Virus record (IMG/VR): IMGVR_UViG_3300032675_000001
Location: 62,001-126,000 of that record
DNA: 64,000 nt
Reading direction: 5' to 3' (one strand)
The translations under genes were made by a program, and so were the position numbers. The notes below the pieces were generated by a model. That model saw only the letters and a list, made by a program, of their open reading frames with translations. It searched no databases and had not been told where the DNA came from. Positions 34,902-45,154 of the stretch are shown one piece after another; the stretch's first letter is position 1, and every line of letters begins with the position of its first letter.

Positions 34902-35987
34902 TTATTCAGACATATTTAGAGCATCGCTGACAGTGAAATATTTAATAAGGTCTTTTGTTACGGTAAAATCAGTCTGATTGTTCAGTATATCAGCATTGTG
35001 TTCTACTATGGGTTTAATATTGTGTGTCCACTGAATCATCTCATCGTCAGAAAGGCTGCACAATCGTTTTATTTCATTTACTATCGCATCCATTCTTTCT
35101 CTAGGGTCAGTGATCAGATCATATGATTCATCAATATAAGGAGCAAAGGTTTTGTATCCTCGGGAGCGCAATGTAGCGAGAAAGCCTACAGTTCCAACCA
35201 CAATGAATGGATGTTTCATTGCCAGCGGCTTGAATATCTTCTCAGAGAAGAAACAACCCGGAGATATTATTTGACCATCTGGATAATACCTATACATGGT
35301 TTCAGTTACTACCGAGAAATAAGAATTGCTGAAATACGACCAATCATCTGGTGTGATGTCCACTGGATTCTCATCATAGCTATTAATATTCAGTTTTAAT
35401 GGTAGCCTGTTTATATTCTGCACACAGTATGGAAAGTTGTCCTTGTATTCAATAATATTGTCAATAAAAGATGGCTCGCTTCCTTGAAATGAATAGTAAG
35501 CCTGATCAACAAGTCCTGCCTTAAACATTTCCTCTAGTAGTTCTATTCTATGTTGACGATGAACTTTATTAAAGCAAAGAAACTTTTTATCCCTCAGACC
35601 CGGTACATATTCATGAGGCGTGTGGATTCCATAGGATGACTTAAACATCGCTTCAAAATAAGACATTGATGCTATTTTGAGTAATGATTCTTCGTGGTTC
35701 ATTTCCAAGAACGTATTATAGGCTTGCTCACCCTTAAGATCACCAGTCAGGAAAAAGAACTGAGCATTAGGAACACTGTCTTTTACGTACTTAACTATTG
35801 AATGAACTCTAGAGATAACATCGTACCAAAATGATTCAGACAGGCAATCAAACATGATGTTTGTTTTGCCTTCTGAATAAGCTAATCGTATATCGTTAAC
35901 TACGGTAAAGAAATCTCTGTGAATAATACTGTGATCACTATGCAGCCCAGCATATATGGGATGCATAGTGTCTTTAAAAGGAATCAA
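34902..35987 (-). CDS. Putative GT-B glycosyltransferase (TET/SEK family), paralog 1
   Basis: FLCFN..HR.HR; SVVTET...SEKIFKP...HPF...GYKTF..DESYD, reminiscent of the GT10 TEK motif. Confidence 0.6.
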   Translation of the reverse strand: MIPFKDTMHPIYAGLHSDHSIIHRDFFTVVNDIRLAYSEGKTNIMFDCLSESFWYDVISRVHSIVKYVKDSVPNAQFFFLTGDLKGEQAYNTFLEMNHEESLLKIASMSYFEAMFKSSYGIHTPHEYVPGLRDKKFLCFNKVHRQHRIELLEEMFKAGLVDQAYYSFQGSEPSFIDNIIEYKDNFPYCVQNINRLPLKLNINSYDENPVDITPDDWSYFSNSYFSVVTETMYRYYPDGQIISPGCFFSEKIFKPLAMKHPFIVVGTVGFLATLRSRGYKTFAPYIDESYDLITDPRERMDAIVNEIKRLCSLSDDEMIQWTHNIKPIVEHNADILNNQTDFTVTKDLIKYFTVSDALNMSE

Positions 35988-36013
35988 ATCATTCCAGTTT
36001 TCAAGTATTTGTG

Positions 36014-37237
36014 TTAGAGTCCACTGTCCTGCTTCAGGGTGTGGCTCAAATCTTTTTTTTGGCGTGTGTTGCCATAGTGGACAATTGGTCCACTATGTTG
36101 ATATGTATTAATACGTCTCCAAGGATCAACTACCGTGCAGCGATCGGGAAACTTTAGATCAGCAACATAATGTTCCCAATATCCGATTAAATAAACATCA
36201 GTCGTATCAGCAGCAAGATCGGTATCACCAGTATGAATGTCATAGTAGTTTACATTTCCACCATGCTGTTCAACATAATATCCGACCAACATTGAAGAAG
36301 AACCATTCGTATAGTGCACTCCGGGCTTATATGCCTTACCGACGATGGTTACATTATTGCCATACTCAAGACACTTCTTGGCCATGTTTTCAGCCTGCAC
36401 TTCACGTGCTCGCATAATAGCGTCAAAAAGGTCATATCCAAGACCAAGATTTTCTGCCATATAACGCAGAGCAATATTGTCACGTGGATGACATGCCCCA
36501 CCATCACCCATTCCAGCCATCATATATGCTGGACCTGTGATGCGATAGTTTGATCTTGCAAGAGCGCCTGTTACCACATCAACGTCAATATTGCCATTCT
36601 TTTCGGCAACGTCCTGAATCATGTTAACGATACCAACCTTTGCTGAAATAAAAGTGTTGTAGAAAATCTTAATGGATTCTGCTTCATCCCATGTACCAAC
36701 TTCATAACGTGGATCATTCTGCATGAATACCTTGTAGAAATCAATCAACTCAGCAGCATCACCAGTAATAGAGCCATCCTCTGTACCAATAATGACCATT
36801 TCTGGATTAACCATATCCCACTTGATTGTTCCCATTGCAATAAGATATGGATTGTAAATAAACCGTGCATTAGTGATGCAAGGACGTAATTGACTACGAA
36901 CTGTTCCCGGAAGCACTGTGCTAATGAGCACTACCAACTGGTCTTGGCTTACCCATTTATTAACTTCTTTGAGAATATCAGTTACGATAGTGTAATCAAA
37001 GTCCTTATTAGGAAGATGACTTGTTGGAGTTTCTCCACCATAGATAGGATCATGTGGAGTAGGAGCAGCAATAAAGATAATATCTCTATCTGCTACTGCA
37101 TCCTGAATGGTATTGCACATTGGGAATAATGGAGTTCTTGGTTCAACATCATATCCAACTACATCATAGTGTTCTGACATAACTTCGGCACAGTCTTGCC
37201 CGAGTTTGCCGCATCCGATCATTGCTACTTTTTTCAT
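36014..37237 (-). CDS. UDP-glucose/GDP-mannose 6-dehydrogenase family protein
   Basis: GCGKLG, STVLPGT, K...N, GGACHPRD and G.AYK motifs. TATAAATA at 37243..37250. Confidence 0.92.
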   Translation of the reverse strand: MKKVAMIGCGKLGQDCAEVMSEHYDVVGYDVEPRTPLFPMCNTIQDAVADRDIIFIAAPTPHDPIYGGETPTSHLPNKDFDYTIVTDILKEVNKWVSQDQLVVLISTVLPGTVRSQLRPCITNARFIYNPYLIAMGTIKWDMVNPEMVIIGTEDGSITGDAAELIDFYKVFMQNDPRYEVGTWDEAESIKIFYNTFISAKVGIVNMIQDVAEKNGNIDVDVVTGALARSNYRITGPAYMMAGMGDGGACHPRDNIALRYMAENLGLGYDLFDAIMRAREVQAENMAKKCLEYGNNVTIVGKAYKPGVHYTNGSSSMLVGYYVEQHGGNVNYYDIHTGDTDLAADTTDVYLIGYWEHYVADLKFPDRCTVVDPWRRINTYQHSGPIVHYGNTRQKKDLSHTLKQDSGL

Positions 37238-37325
37238 GAAAATATTTATAGTCCCTGTTGGTGTGTAATAAATTTTATCTGATATTCCATTATACCATGG
37301 TATAATGCGCCGCGTTATTTAATAC

Positions 37326-38456
37326 TCAAATCAGCTTAGTGATAAAATTGGTTTGGTTCATGAGTGCGTTGTAGTTGAACTCGCATATTTCTCTTGCCTT
37401 ACTTAGAAAATCAGATAATTGGTCTTGATTTAACTCGCATAATCGTTTTGTTTCATTCAGTATCATCATGAGACGCTTATCGTCATTTTCTTCCGTGTCA
37501 TAGCTTTCATCAATGATGTCATCAAAGGTTTTATAACCAATACTACGCAATGCTCTTAGTGTATGAGGACGAGTAATAACAATGAACGGATGCTTTTTCA
37601 GTATGGGCTTGAATATCTTCTCCGATACAAACACACCTTCTCCTCTGTGCTTGAAAAAGTTTGTCTCAGATACAATGCTGAAATAGCTATTTGCATAGTA
37701 ATAATCGGTTGAATCTGTCATTGTTGCCTGATTGATGTGCAGGTCTTTTGTGTCCAAATACATGGGCGGAAGGCTTTCATATTCTTCACGTCTAGTATAA
37801 AGCGTGTTTAATAGTTCTTCATCGTTTATACACCATAGAAAGGAATCTGCTGCTCTTTCCCATGATGCGCCGTCCACACCAGCAGCCAAACTCACAAATC
37901 CCTGATTTAATAATCCATGTAGCTGCAACAATGCCACAAACATTATGCGATGTTCTCTCCATCGTCTATTGAGATTGAGAAACTTTTTCTCATAGTGTTT
38001 GTCTTCAAGAGTAGCCAACTGTTGGTGCTGTGTCTGTTTAAGATTGTATTCAAACATTCTCAGCCATTCCACATTGATCGTGTCCTGATTGTATAGCGAG
38101 GCAACTCTCTTGACTTCCTGATCAATAATTGCCGATTCACTGAGTAATACTATATGCTTTGGTGGTATTCCCAATCCTATGACATAATGCTGATATATGC
38201 TGTCTACAACATCATGAAACGCTTCATGTGAATTATTTAAACACAGTGTTATTCTACCATTACGCATGTCTTCTATGGCAGTCTTGTCCATACGTGCTAT
38301 AGATTGATTCAAATATTCCCCATGGTGGAAATCAATATACCAATAATCAGTGTCGTTAAAGTCTCTTATATAGAATAGAGAACTGTTTGGACGAAGTTCT
38401 GGACCAGTACTACTATAATAATATATGGTATTGACAATAGACACTATTTCATCCAT
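37326..38456 (-). CDS. Putative GT-B glycosyltransferase (TET/SEK family), paralog 2
   Basis: SIVSET...SEKIFKP...HPF...GYKTF..DESYD. Confidence 0.6.
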   Translation of the reverse strand: MDEIVSIVNTIYYYSSTGPELRPNSSLFYIRDFNDTDYWYIDFHHGEYLNQSIARMDKTAIEDMRNGRITLCLNNSHEAFHDVVDSIYQHYVIGLGIPPKHIVLLSESAIIDQEVKRVASLYNQDTINVEWLRMFEYNLKQTQHQQLATLEDKHYEKKFLNLNRRWREHRIMFVALLQLHGLLNQGFVSLAAGVDGASWERAADSFLWCINDEELLNTLYTRREEYESLPPMYLDTKDLHINQATMTDSTDYYYANSYFSIVSETNFFKHRGEGVFVSEKIFKPILKKHPFIVITRPHTLRALRSIGYKTFDDIIDESYDTEENDDKRLMMILNETKRLCELNQDQLSDFLSKAREICEFNYNALMNQTNFITKLI

Positions 38457-39511
38457 CCCATTTTTCTGTAGTACTGCAATGTATATTCTGTTAGTTTTTT
38501 AACATGACCATGCATCGTATAATCGGTTCCATCAGTGAGGAACTTAAGAGATGTTGGTACCATCTTGTCTTTGTTCAAACCAAAGTCAATCATGCGCTGT
38601 CTATTACGTATCATTTTTGGTAACAAGGTTTCATGCATTTGATCACGATAATCATTATTGTATATCTGGACTATGCGTTCAATGTTGTCTACTAACCCAT
38701 TGATTCTATCCTTTACGTTCGGCATCGTGTCAAAACTATAATCAAACAGTTCATCATACAGTTCCAGACCGTACATGTTTGCCAAGTAGTCTGTGTGGTA
38801 ACCAGCACTACATAGAGCGATAAACGGCTTCAACTGTGCGATACTTTTTATTGTTTTCTCAGTTAGAAAGAACTCTTCTGGTTCAACATGACTTTCAGAT
38901 ACTAGATCAATAAATCCTCTGGTAAAGCTTGCGGGAATGGAACCGGCGTTAAACTCTGGTTTGGAATTCAACTCAAAATCTTGCTCATCCAACAATCGTG
39001 AACCATCGTGATATTTCCATCCCAGAAACGGTTCACTTTTCATTGAAAATGATACTCTCTCGGGATATATAAAGGTCACAATCCCATGTTGAAGGAGGCT
39101 TCTTTTTACTAGCTCATCAACCAGTAATGCTCTTTCATACTTTGGATTGTTATTATAACTAGTGAATACTTTATCCGCTTTAAGATGAGTATTCAGTGTG
39201 TCAGGTGCTGATATGCCCTTGTACAGTAAATCAACAAAGAATATATAGATACCAGAGGTAGATTCTGTTACGATATTTGGAGTAATTTGCAAGTTATTTG
39301 GATTTGGAACTAGCACAGTTACGGTTTTATTATTTTCTTCTAACCATGGTTGTATATTATTAAAGAAGTGTTTGAAAATAAATCTAAAGTCATATTCTTC
39401 CAAACACAAACAAAGAATTCTGTCTGGGTTGAGTTCTTTGATTTCATTTATTTCCTGTTCCCATTGATAGTTATTGGCATGATACAAATGGTGAACAATA
39501 TATACGTTCAT
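38444..39511 (-). CDS. Putative GT-B glycosyltransferase (TET/SEK family), paralog 3
   Basis: LVSES...LTEKTIK...PF...DYSFD. ATGA-coupled start. Confidence 0.55.
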   Translation of the reverse strand: MNVYIVHHLYHANNYQWEQEINEIKELNPDRILCLCLEEYDFRFIFKHFFNNIQPWLEENNKTVTVLVPNPNNLQITPNIVTESTSGIYIFFVDLLYKGISAPDTLNTHLKADKVFTSYNNNPKYERALLVDELVKRSLLQHGIVTFIYPERVSFSMKSEPFLGWKYHDGSRLLDEQDFELNSKPEFNAGSIPASFTRGFIDLVSESHVEPEEFFLTEKTIKSIAQLKPFIALCSAGYHTDYLANMYGLELYDELFDYSFDTMPNVKDRINGLVDNIERIVQIYNNDYRDQMHETLLPKMIRNRQRMIDFGLNKDKMVPTSLKFLTDGTDYTMHGHVKKLTEYTLQYYRKMGWMK

Positions 39512-40488
39512 TGATCTTCGTTCCCCTGTACTATTTGTTGTGAAATCCATTGATAGGTTTTGATCAAACCTGTTTCTAAATCTTCGTCAGGACTCCATCC
39601 CAATACTTCTTGAATAAGCTTATTATCAGAGTTGCGTCCCATCACTCCTACAGGACCGTCTATATTCTTGACTGTGACTGACTTATTAGTGAGACTTGCA
39701 ATCAGCATGACAAGATCATTTATACTAATCATGCGTTCGGAGCCTAGGTTTAATGGCTTGTCATATTCTCCGTCCATGATGCGATGAATGCCCTCAATGC
39801 ACTCATCGATGTACAGAAACGATCTTGTTTGTGTTCCCGGTCCCCATACTTCAATCTCGCCATTGTGGTCGCACAATGCGACCTTACGACATAATGCGGC
39901 TGGTGCCTTTTCCTTACCGTTATTCCATGATCCTTGAGGACCAAATATATTGTGAAATCTTGCGATACGAACGTCTATATTATAGTTCTTTGCATATGTC
40001 ATATACAGGCGTTCACTGAATAGTTTCTCCCATCCATATTCAGAATCTGGATTGGCAGGATATGCGCTGTCTTCAGATAGTAGAGGATTATTAGGATCAA
40101 TCTGATTATGTTCCGGATAGATACATGCAGACGAAGAATAAAAAACTTTCTTAACACAGTGTTCTTTCATTGCATCAAGGATGTTCAGATTAATACTTAC
40201 AGAGTTGTGCATAATATCAGCATCATGTTCGCCTGTAAAGATGTATCCTGCTCCACCCATATCTGCGGCAAGCTGGTAGACTTCATCAAACTGATATAAT
40301 CTAAAGATTGTATTAACACTGTTAATGTCACGTAAGTCTATAATGTGAAAATTGTCACACGATGTTTCAGAATAAAGTGGATGTTTTAAATCAACTCCTA
40401 TTACTTTGTGTCCCTGTGCCTTGAGACTTGCAGCCAAATGTGAACCAATAAATCCGCCTGCACCACAGACTAATACTTTTTTAGTCAT
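39508..40488 (-). CDS. NAD-dependent epimerase, GDP-mannose 3,5-epimerase-like
   Basis: GAGGFIG, LAADMGG.G, SSACIYP, YGWEK, EKAPAA.CRK and QTRSFLY motifs. Confidence 0.9.
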   Translation of the reverse strand: MTKKVLVCGAGGFIGSHLAASLKAQGHKVIGVDLKHPLYSETSCDNFHIIDLRDINSVNTIFRLYQFDEVYQLAADMGGAGYIFTGEHDADIMHNSVSINLNILDAMKEHCVKKVFYSSSACIYPEHNQIDPNNPLLSEDSAYPANPDSEYGWEKLFSERLYMTYAKNYNIDVRIARFHNIFGPQGSWNNGKEKAPAALCRKVALCDHNGEIEVWGPGTQTRSFLYIDECIEGIHRIMDGEYDKPLNLGSERMISINDLVMLIASLTNKSVTVKNIDGPVGVMGRNSDNKLIQEVLGWSPDEDLETGLIKTYQWISQQIVQGNEDQ

Positions 40489-41810
40489 GGTATATTCTTT
40501 CTGAATATGTTTGTCATTTTATCTACGATTAACTTTGGACTTGCATTCTTTACCAGATGATAGTTATGCTCTAAGATGGGCTTCACTCTGCGTCTAAAGT
40601 CAATAATCTGTTCTGGCGTCCATTGCCCAATCTGAGCCGTCACAGCAGCAAGTCTGCGCATTCTTTCATGTGGATCATGGCAGGTGTCATAGCTTTCATC
40701 CCAGAACTCTGAGAACGTTTTAAACCCCAAATCTTGCAATCCTCTAAGAGCGCCATTAACACCCACTGTGATAAATGGATGCTTTTCTTTTGCTGGTTTA
40801 AATGACTTTTCGGTTAATGTTACTTCTGCTTCATAGAAGTTTGTTTCTGTTACAATACTAACAAGACTGCTTTGATAGTATGGGCGAGATGCATTTGCAC
40901 GATCTTCACACATTCTATTAATATCAGTTTCGTTATCAAGTATTAATGGAAGCCTAGACTGAAACCTGTTAATATCGTCTATCTTGATTCCGTACTGGTT
41001 ATCCAGTAACGTCTGATCAACCCTATGATGGAACTTAATAGATGGTGTTTCAATGTCATGTCCACTAAAGCTTATTAGGCTTCGGTCAATCAGATTATTC
41101 TTTTCCAGATTTAATGCCATCTCAACACGATGCTGGCGAAATCTTCTATTCCACATTAGAAACAGCTTCTCAGGAACAGTGTCAGTATTATACTCTGGTT
41201 CCTCATTGTTTTCAGAATATTCTGTGCTGAACACATGCATTGCAGATGCATATGGAACTATAGTCAGACGATGTTCTGGTGTATTTGGTATATTGTTTCT
41301 AGAACAGTAACTGTCGTATATTTCCTGCCCATTAATACAGCCTGTCAAATATAATATCTTATGCAGAGGAATATTGTGAATATCTTTAAAGTAACCATGC
41401 ATTGCAGTAATGTGATTATCTTGAATAAATGCCTCGGCAAAATGATTAATCAGAATGTAACCATTGGCATTTCTTACTCTTTCAACCAAATGCCATGGAA
41501 TATGAGCAAACTCCAATATTCCAGTATTGCCTAGAAAATAATGTTCAAACTGTATGCGCCATACTAGCGTGAACGGTATAACAAATGGTCTGGTATCATT
41601 ATTGGCGATGGAGACGGCTGGATAGATTTCATAATCATCTTGAGCATAACGGAACATTCTTGTCCATGCATCATCTCCCCACCATTTTAGAGAACTGATT
41701 TCTTTAACACCCTCAGCCACTCCTGCAAGGCTTAATACATTTGGTAACTCGGTATTCCAAATAGGACCTCTTGGGCCTATCCAGCTATAAACAACTTTGA
41801 TTTTTTCCAT
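40485..41810 (-). CDS. Putative GT-B glycosyltransferase (TET/SEK family), paralog 4
   Basis: SIVTET...LTEKSFKP...HPF...GFKTF..DESYD. Confidence 0.6.
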   Translation of the reverse strand: MEKIKVVYSWIGPRGPIWNTELPNVLSLAGVAEGVKEISSLKWWGDDAWTRMFRYAQDDYEIYPAVSIANNDTRPFVIPFTLVWRIQFEHYFLGNTGILEFAHIPWHLVERVRNANGYILINHFAEAFIQDNHITAMHGYFKDIHNIPLHKILYLTGCINGQEIYDSYCSRNNIPNTPEHRLTIVPYASAMHVFSTEYSENNEEPEYNTDTVPEKLFLMWNRRFRQHRVEMALNLEKNNLIDRSLISFSGHDIETPSIKFHHRVDQTLLDNQYGIKIDDINRFQSRLPLILDNETDINRMCEDRANASRPYYQSSLVSIVTETNFYEAEVTLTEKSFKPAKEKHPFITVGVNGALRGLQDLGFKTFSEFWDESYDTCHDPHERMRRLAAVTAQIGQWTPEQIIDFRRRVKPILEHNYHLVKNASPKLIVDKMTNIFRKNIP

Positions 41811-41814
41811 GCCA

Positions 41815-42792
41815 TTATTTATCGACCTTATATTTAGGTATGATAATATCTGTGCCACAGTGGCAATGATCTTTAAAGCATGTGATTTCTTGTGGACCCA
41901 CTTTGCTTACATCTTCCAATATATGACCAACGCGGTCTCCTTGTCCACAACTTGCCAGACTAATCTCTCCCACAGGATTAATAAAAATGGCGTCTCCTAC
42001 TTGACACTTCCAATGTTTAAAAAAGTTCTGACCATTCACAATAATGTCATTTGAGTTGGTGGGATAAGAGAATGATTCGTTATCTCCACGATAACGATTA
42101 TAACTGACAGTTCTATGTGTGCGTTTATTTGGCTTTGGTTTTGTCTGTTGGATTTCAATATTGTGCTGTTTTAGAAAGTCAGACTTCTTTTGGTCTTTAT
42201 ATTCCCATGGGCTTGCATTAATACTGAGTTCATCAAAAAGTGGTGTCCATTCTAAGAAATAGTTAGGCATTACCTTTTTTAATTCTTCTGCATACTCTAC
42301 GATTTCCCAGAATCGTTCCTCGTGCATGAGCATCTTAGTAGAAAGGTAGTTTACCTTTTCGCATAGATAAATGGAATTCTCCTTGTAGCGTTCCTTGTTA
42401 GTGAACTCTACATGAAAGGACGCAACGATGTCATCAAACAGATAGGCATGTTTTTCCCACCATGCCAGTGGGCGAGAAAGATTCGTATTCACGGCCAAAG
42501 TAGCAAATGGAAGTTCCTTGTAAATCCATTCACAGATGGGAATAAAGTTACGCCATGCTGTAGGCTCACCACCAGAGAAAAAGAACTTGAAGTTTTTGTA
42601 ACCCTTTTCCTTGTATTTGTTGATGATTGTCTCTAGGTTGGCAAGATAGATATCTAGATTGCCATTGTTTGGGCTTGTGCCACCCCAGTTGCCGGGGTTG
42701 CAATAACTGCATCGGAAGTTACAGAAGTTAGAGACTTGCCATGTGATCGCAAGATATGGTTCTGGTGCTTCAATGGCAATAAGTTCTCTCAT
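41815..42792 (-). CDS. Radical SAM protein with C-terminal Twitch/SPASM
   Basis: CNFRCSYC, SGGEP and C-terminal C...C...C.C motifs. Confidence 0.9.
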   Translation of the reverse strand: MRELIAIEAPEPYLAITWQVSNFCNFRCSYCNPGNWGGTSPNNGNLDIYLANLETIINKYKEKGYKNFKFFFSGGEPTAWRNFIPICEWIYKELPFATLAVNTNLSRPLAWWEKHAYLFDDIVASFHVEFTNKERYKENSIYLCEKVNYLSTKMLMHEERFWEIVEYAEELKKVMPNYFLEWTPLFDELSINASPWEYKDQKKSDFLKQHNIEIQQTKPKPNKRTHRTVSYNRYRGDNESFSYPTNSNDIIVNGQNFFKHWKCQVGDAIFINPVGEISLASCGQGDRVGHILEDVSKVGPQEITCFKDHCHCGTDIIIPKYKVDK

Positions 42793-43094
42793 AATGTCTC
42801 TTCTATATATTTCTTTAGTTCTTTTAAAGTGGTATCGTAATCTTCTACTACACCGATCATGCTGTTTTTGACTTTAGGTTCAATGACTACAGTATAACAA
42901 CAGTTGTTATTGGTGGTCCATCTGAATACTCGGTTATAAATCCATCGTTCACTGTAAGTTGGTTCACCGAAAAAGCCTTTATATCCCGAAATGAAACCAT
43001 ATGACTTGTAATCATTAGCATTAGGATGAAAATCAAGCTGCTCCAGCTTTTTGAGATTATATAACTTCTTCAAGAAATATAACATGTCAGACAT
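42789..43094 (-). CDS. Hypothetical protein
   Basis: Coupled ORF; start uncertain. Confidence 0.6.
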   Translation of the reverse strand: MSDMLYFLKKLYNLKKLEQLDFHPNANDYKSYGFISGYKGFFGEPTYSERWIYNRVFRWTTNNNCCYTVVIEPKVKNSMIGVVEDYDTTLKELKKYIEETL

Positions 43095-44368
43095 TAACTT
43101 GCTGCCCATTCATAGACTTCTTTAATCTCTGGTACAATGTCTTCAAACTTCTCGTTACGAAACTGATCCAACTCATCATTGAACTGCTTGAACTCCAAAA
43201 TGCCGCCCTTGTTCTCATCACCTACGTTGAGGTTATAGATGATCATCTTGAAGCCGTTAAAGATGTCTACATTGTCCTTATACTTTTCCTGATACACACG
43301 GTAAAGTTCAGTGAGCCTACGCTTTACGTGGTTTGGCAGAATCATGATATTTGCATACCATGGATTAGTAGCCAGATTAAATCTAGGACTGGTCTTGGTA
43401 TCAATAAAACCATTGTCAATCATATAATCAAAAAAGTCTGCAAAGTGAAAGATGTTCCATATGGAAATAGTAGGTGTAATCTGAAACTGAACGTGTGGCA
43501 GTTCTTCCTTCAACTTCTTCATATTCTTGATAGTGCGGTCCCAGTCAGTTCCTTTACGCATACATTCAGCAAGAGCACCATGAGCATCAAGTGATGCCCA
43601 TACCTGAATGTTCTTGAACTTCTTCCAGTATTCAATCAAGTCTTTGTTCTTATAGCCATGTAGCGTAGAGAAGTTTGTAGTATAGTTTAACTCAATACTA
43701 TCTGCTTGACCCGATTCAATCCAATAATCAAGACATTCATAGTGTTCTGGTGTAATAATGATTTCACCACCAGCAAAATATACTTCCGTAACATCAGCAA
43801 GATATGGCTTTAACTTGACCATGAACTGTTGGTCTTCGTTATTATTAACAACTACTTTCTGACCGGGGAAATATTCATCCCACATTTCCTTGCCACGCTT
43901 GTCCAGAAACTCTTGTGCCCACTGTGATGAGCATGATGGACCACATGAGCGGCACTTCATGTTACAGAGGTTACTGAACCGAATATCCATATACTTCATT
44001 TCAAACTCAGATAGCGAACCATCTTCGTTTGTGTTTTCTGCAATATAGTTAACGTAGTCAAGACCTCTGCGACGATTATGAGACTGTCTCATCGTCCATG
44101 TGCCCATAAGTTCCAAGTCAAAGCAACGCTTACACTCTGGAACTTCCTCATCATTAAGCATTGCCTTACGAATCTCATTGTAACGATCACTGTTCATCAT
44201 TTCAATGATAGACTGATCTGGATCAATCTGTGCCACTGGCATATTACTATCAGCAACACAGCAAGGCATTACTCTTGAATCAGGCCATGCATGAAAGTGC
44301 ACCCATGGCAGAACACAAAAGTGCTTACCGTTGCATACCAGATTCTCAACTACGTTTTTATCAGCCAT
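43094..44368 (-). CDS. Radical SAM protein with N-terminal Twitch-like cluster
   Basis: FCVLPW.H...PCC, CNMKCRSC and AGGE motifs. Confidence 0.92.
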   Translation of the reverse strand: MADKNVVENLVCNGKHFCVLPWVHFHAWPDSRVMPCCVADSNMPVAQIDPDQSIIEMMNSDRYNEIRKAMLNDEEVPECKRCFDLELMGTWTMRQSHNRRRGLDYVNYIAENTNEDGSLSEFEMKYMDIRFSNLCNMKCRSCGPSCSSQWAQEFLDKRGKEMWDEYFPGQKVVVNNNEDQQFMVKLKPYLADVTEVYFAGGEIIITPEHYECLDYWIESGQADSIELNYTTNFSTLHGYKNKDLIEYWKKFKNIQVWASLDAHGALAECMRKGTDWDRTIKNMKKLKEELPHVQFQITPTISIWNIFHFADFFDYMIDNGFIDTKTSPRFNLATNPWYANIMILPNHVKRRLTELYRVYQEKYKDNVDIFNGFKMIIYNLNVGDENKGGILEFKQFNDELDQFRNEKFEDIVPEIKEVYEWAAS

Positions 44369-44612
44369 TTGCTTCTTCTGTTTCCGAAACTCTTTTATAA
44401 GTTACAATATTATTGAGAATATTCTTAATCTTGATTTCAATGCTGTTGTCTTCATCATCAAGAGTTACTTGTGCAGCAGCATCACTGCCAAATGATCTGA
44501 TAATATCACTCATTACCGCATCACATGTTTCCTGAGTTAGAGGCTCAAACATATACTTGTCAAGAATAGCGTTAATCTCTTTATCCATTGCTTCATTAAT
44601 ATCAAATGTCAT
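44361..44612 (-). CDS. Hypothetical protein
   Basis: Coupled ORF. Confidence 0.65.
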   Translation of the reverse strand: MTFDINEAMDKEINAILDKYMFEPLTQETCDAVMSDIIRSFGSDAAAQVTLDDEDNSIEIKIKNILNNIVTYKRVSETEEANG

Positions 44613-44613
44613 A

Positions 44614-45153
44614 TTACTTTCCCTGTTTCAACTTTTGAATTTCACTCAGTAACTGTTTATATTCTGCTTCTTTCTTTGCATGTTCTTTTGCCATAACAGT
44701 CAACTCGTCACGAAGTTTTTTAGATTTTTTTAAGAAGCTGTTATCATCTGTTGTTTTGCTCGTTGGAAGCTTAACTACACACGGTGTGCTAATCTTCATG
44801 GCATGATTGCGAATACGTGCTGCCAGATGTTCTAGTTTTGTTGCCAGCCAATCATAAAAACGCACACGCAAGCAATCATTCTTTTCGGTAATTTGTTGCA
44901 AACGATCAATCAAAGTGCGATTGTCCTTTGCATCTTTTAAGATTTTAATTTTGTCACGAAGACGCTGAATGGCATTAGCCGATGCTATTACACTTTTAAG
45001 TGCGGCTGCTCGTTCATCTGTATCTGGATTGTCCTGACCATCAATTTCTTTTACAATTGCACAGTATTTGTTATGGACCGATACTGCCGCCTGTAATTCT
45101 TCTTCAAGAACTGGCAAATCAGATACATTGTATTCTTCTATTAATATTCCCAT
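44614..45153 (-). CDS. Hypothetical coiled-coil protein
   Basis: Abutting ORF. Confidence 0.7.
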   Translation of the reverse strand: MGILIEEYNVSDLPVLEEELQAAVSVHNKYCAIVKEIDGQDNPDTDERAAALKSVIASANAIQRLRDKIKILKDAKDNRTLIDRLQQITEKNDCLRVRFYDWLATKLEHLAARIRNHAMKISTPCVVKLPTSKTTDDNSFLKKSKKLRDELTVMAKEHAKKEAEYKQLLSEIQKLKQGK

Positions 45154-45154
45154 A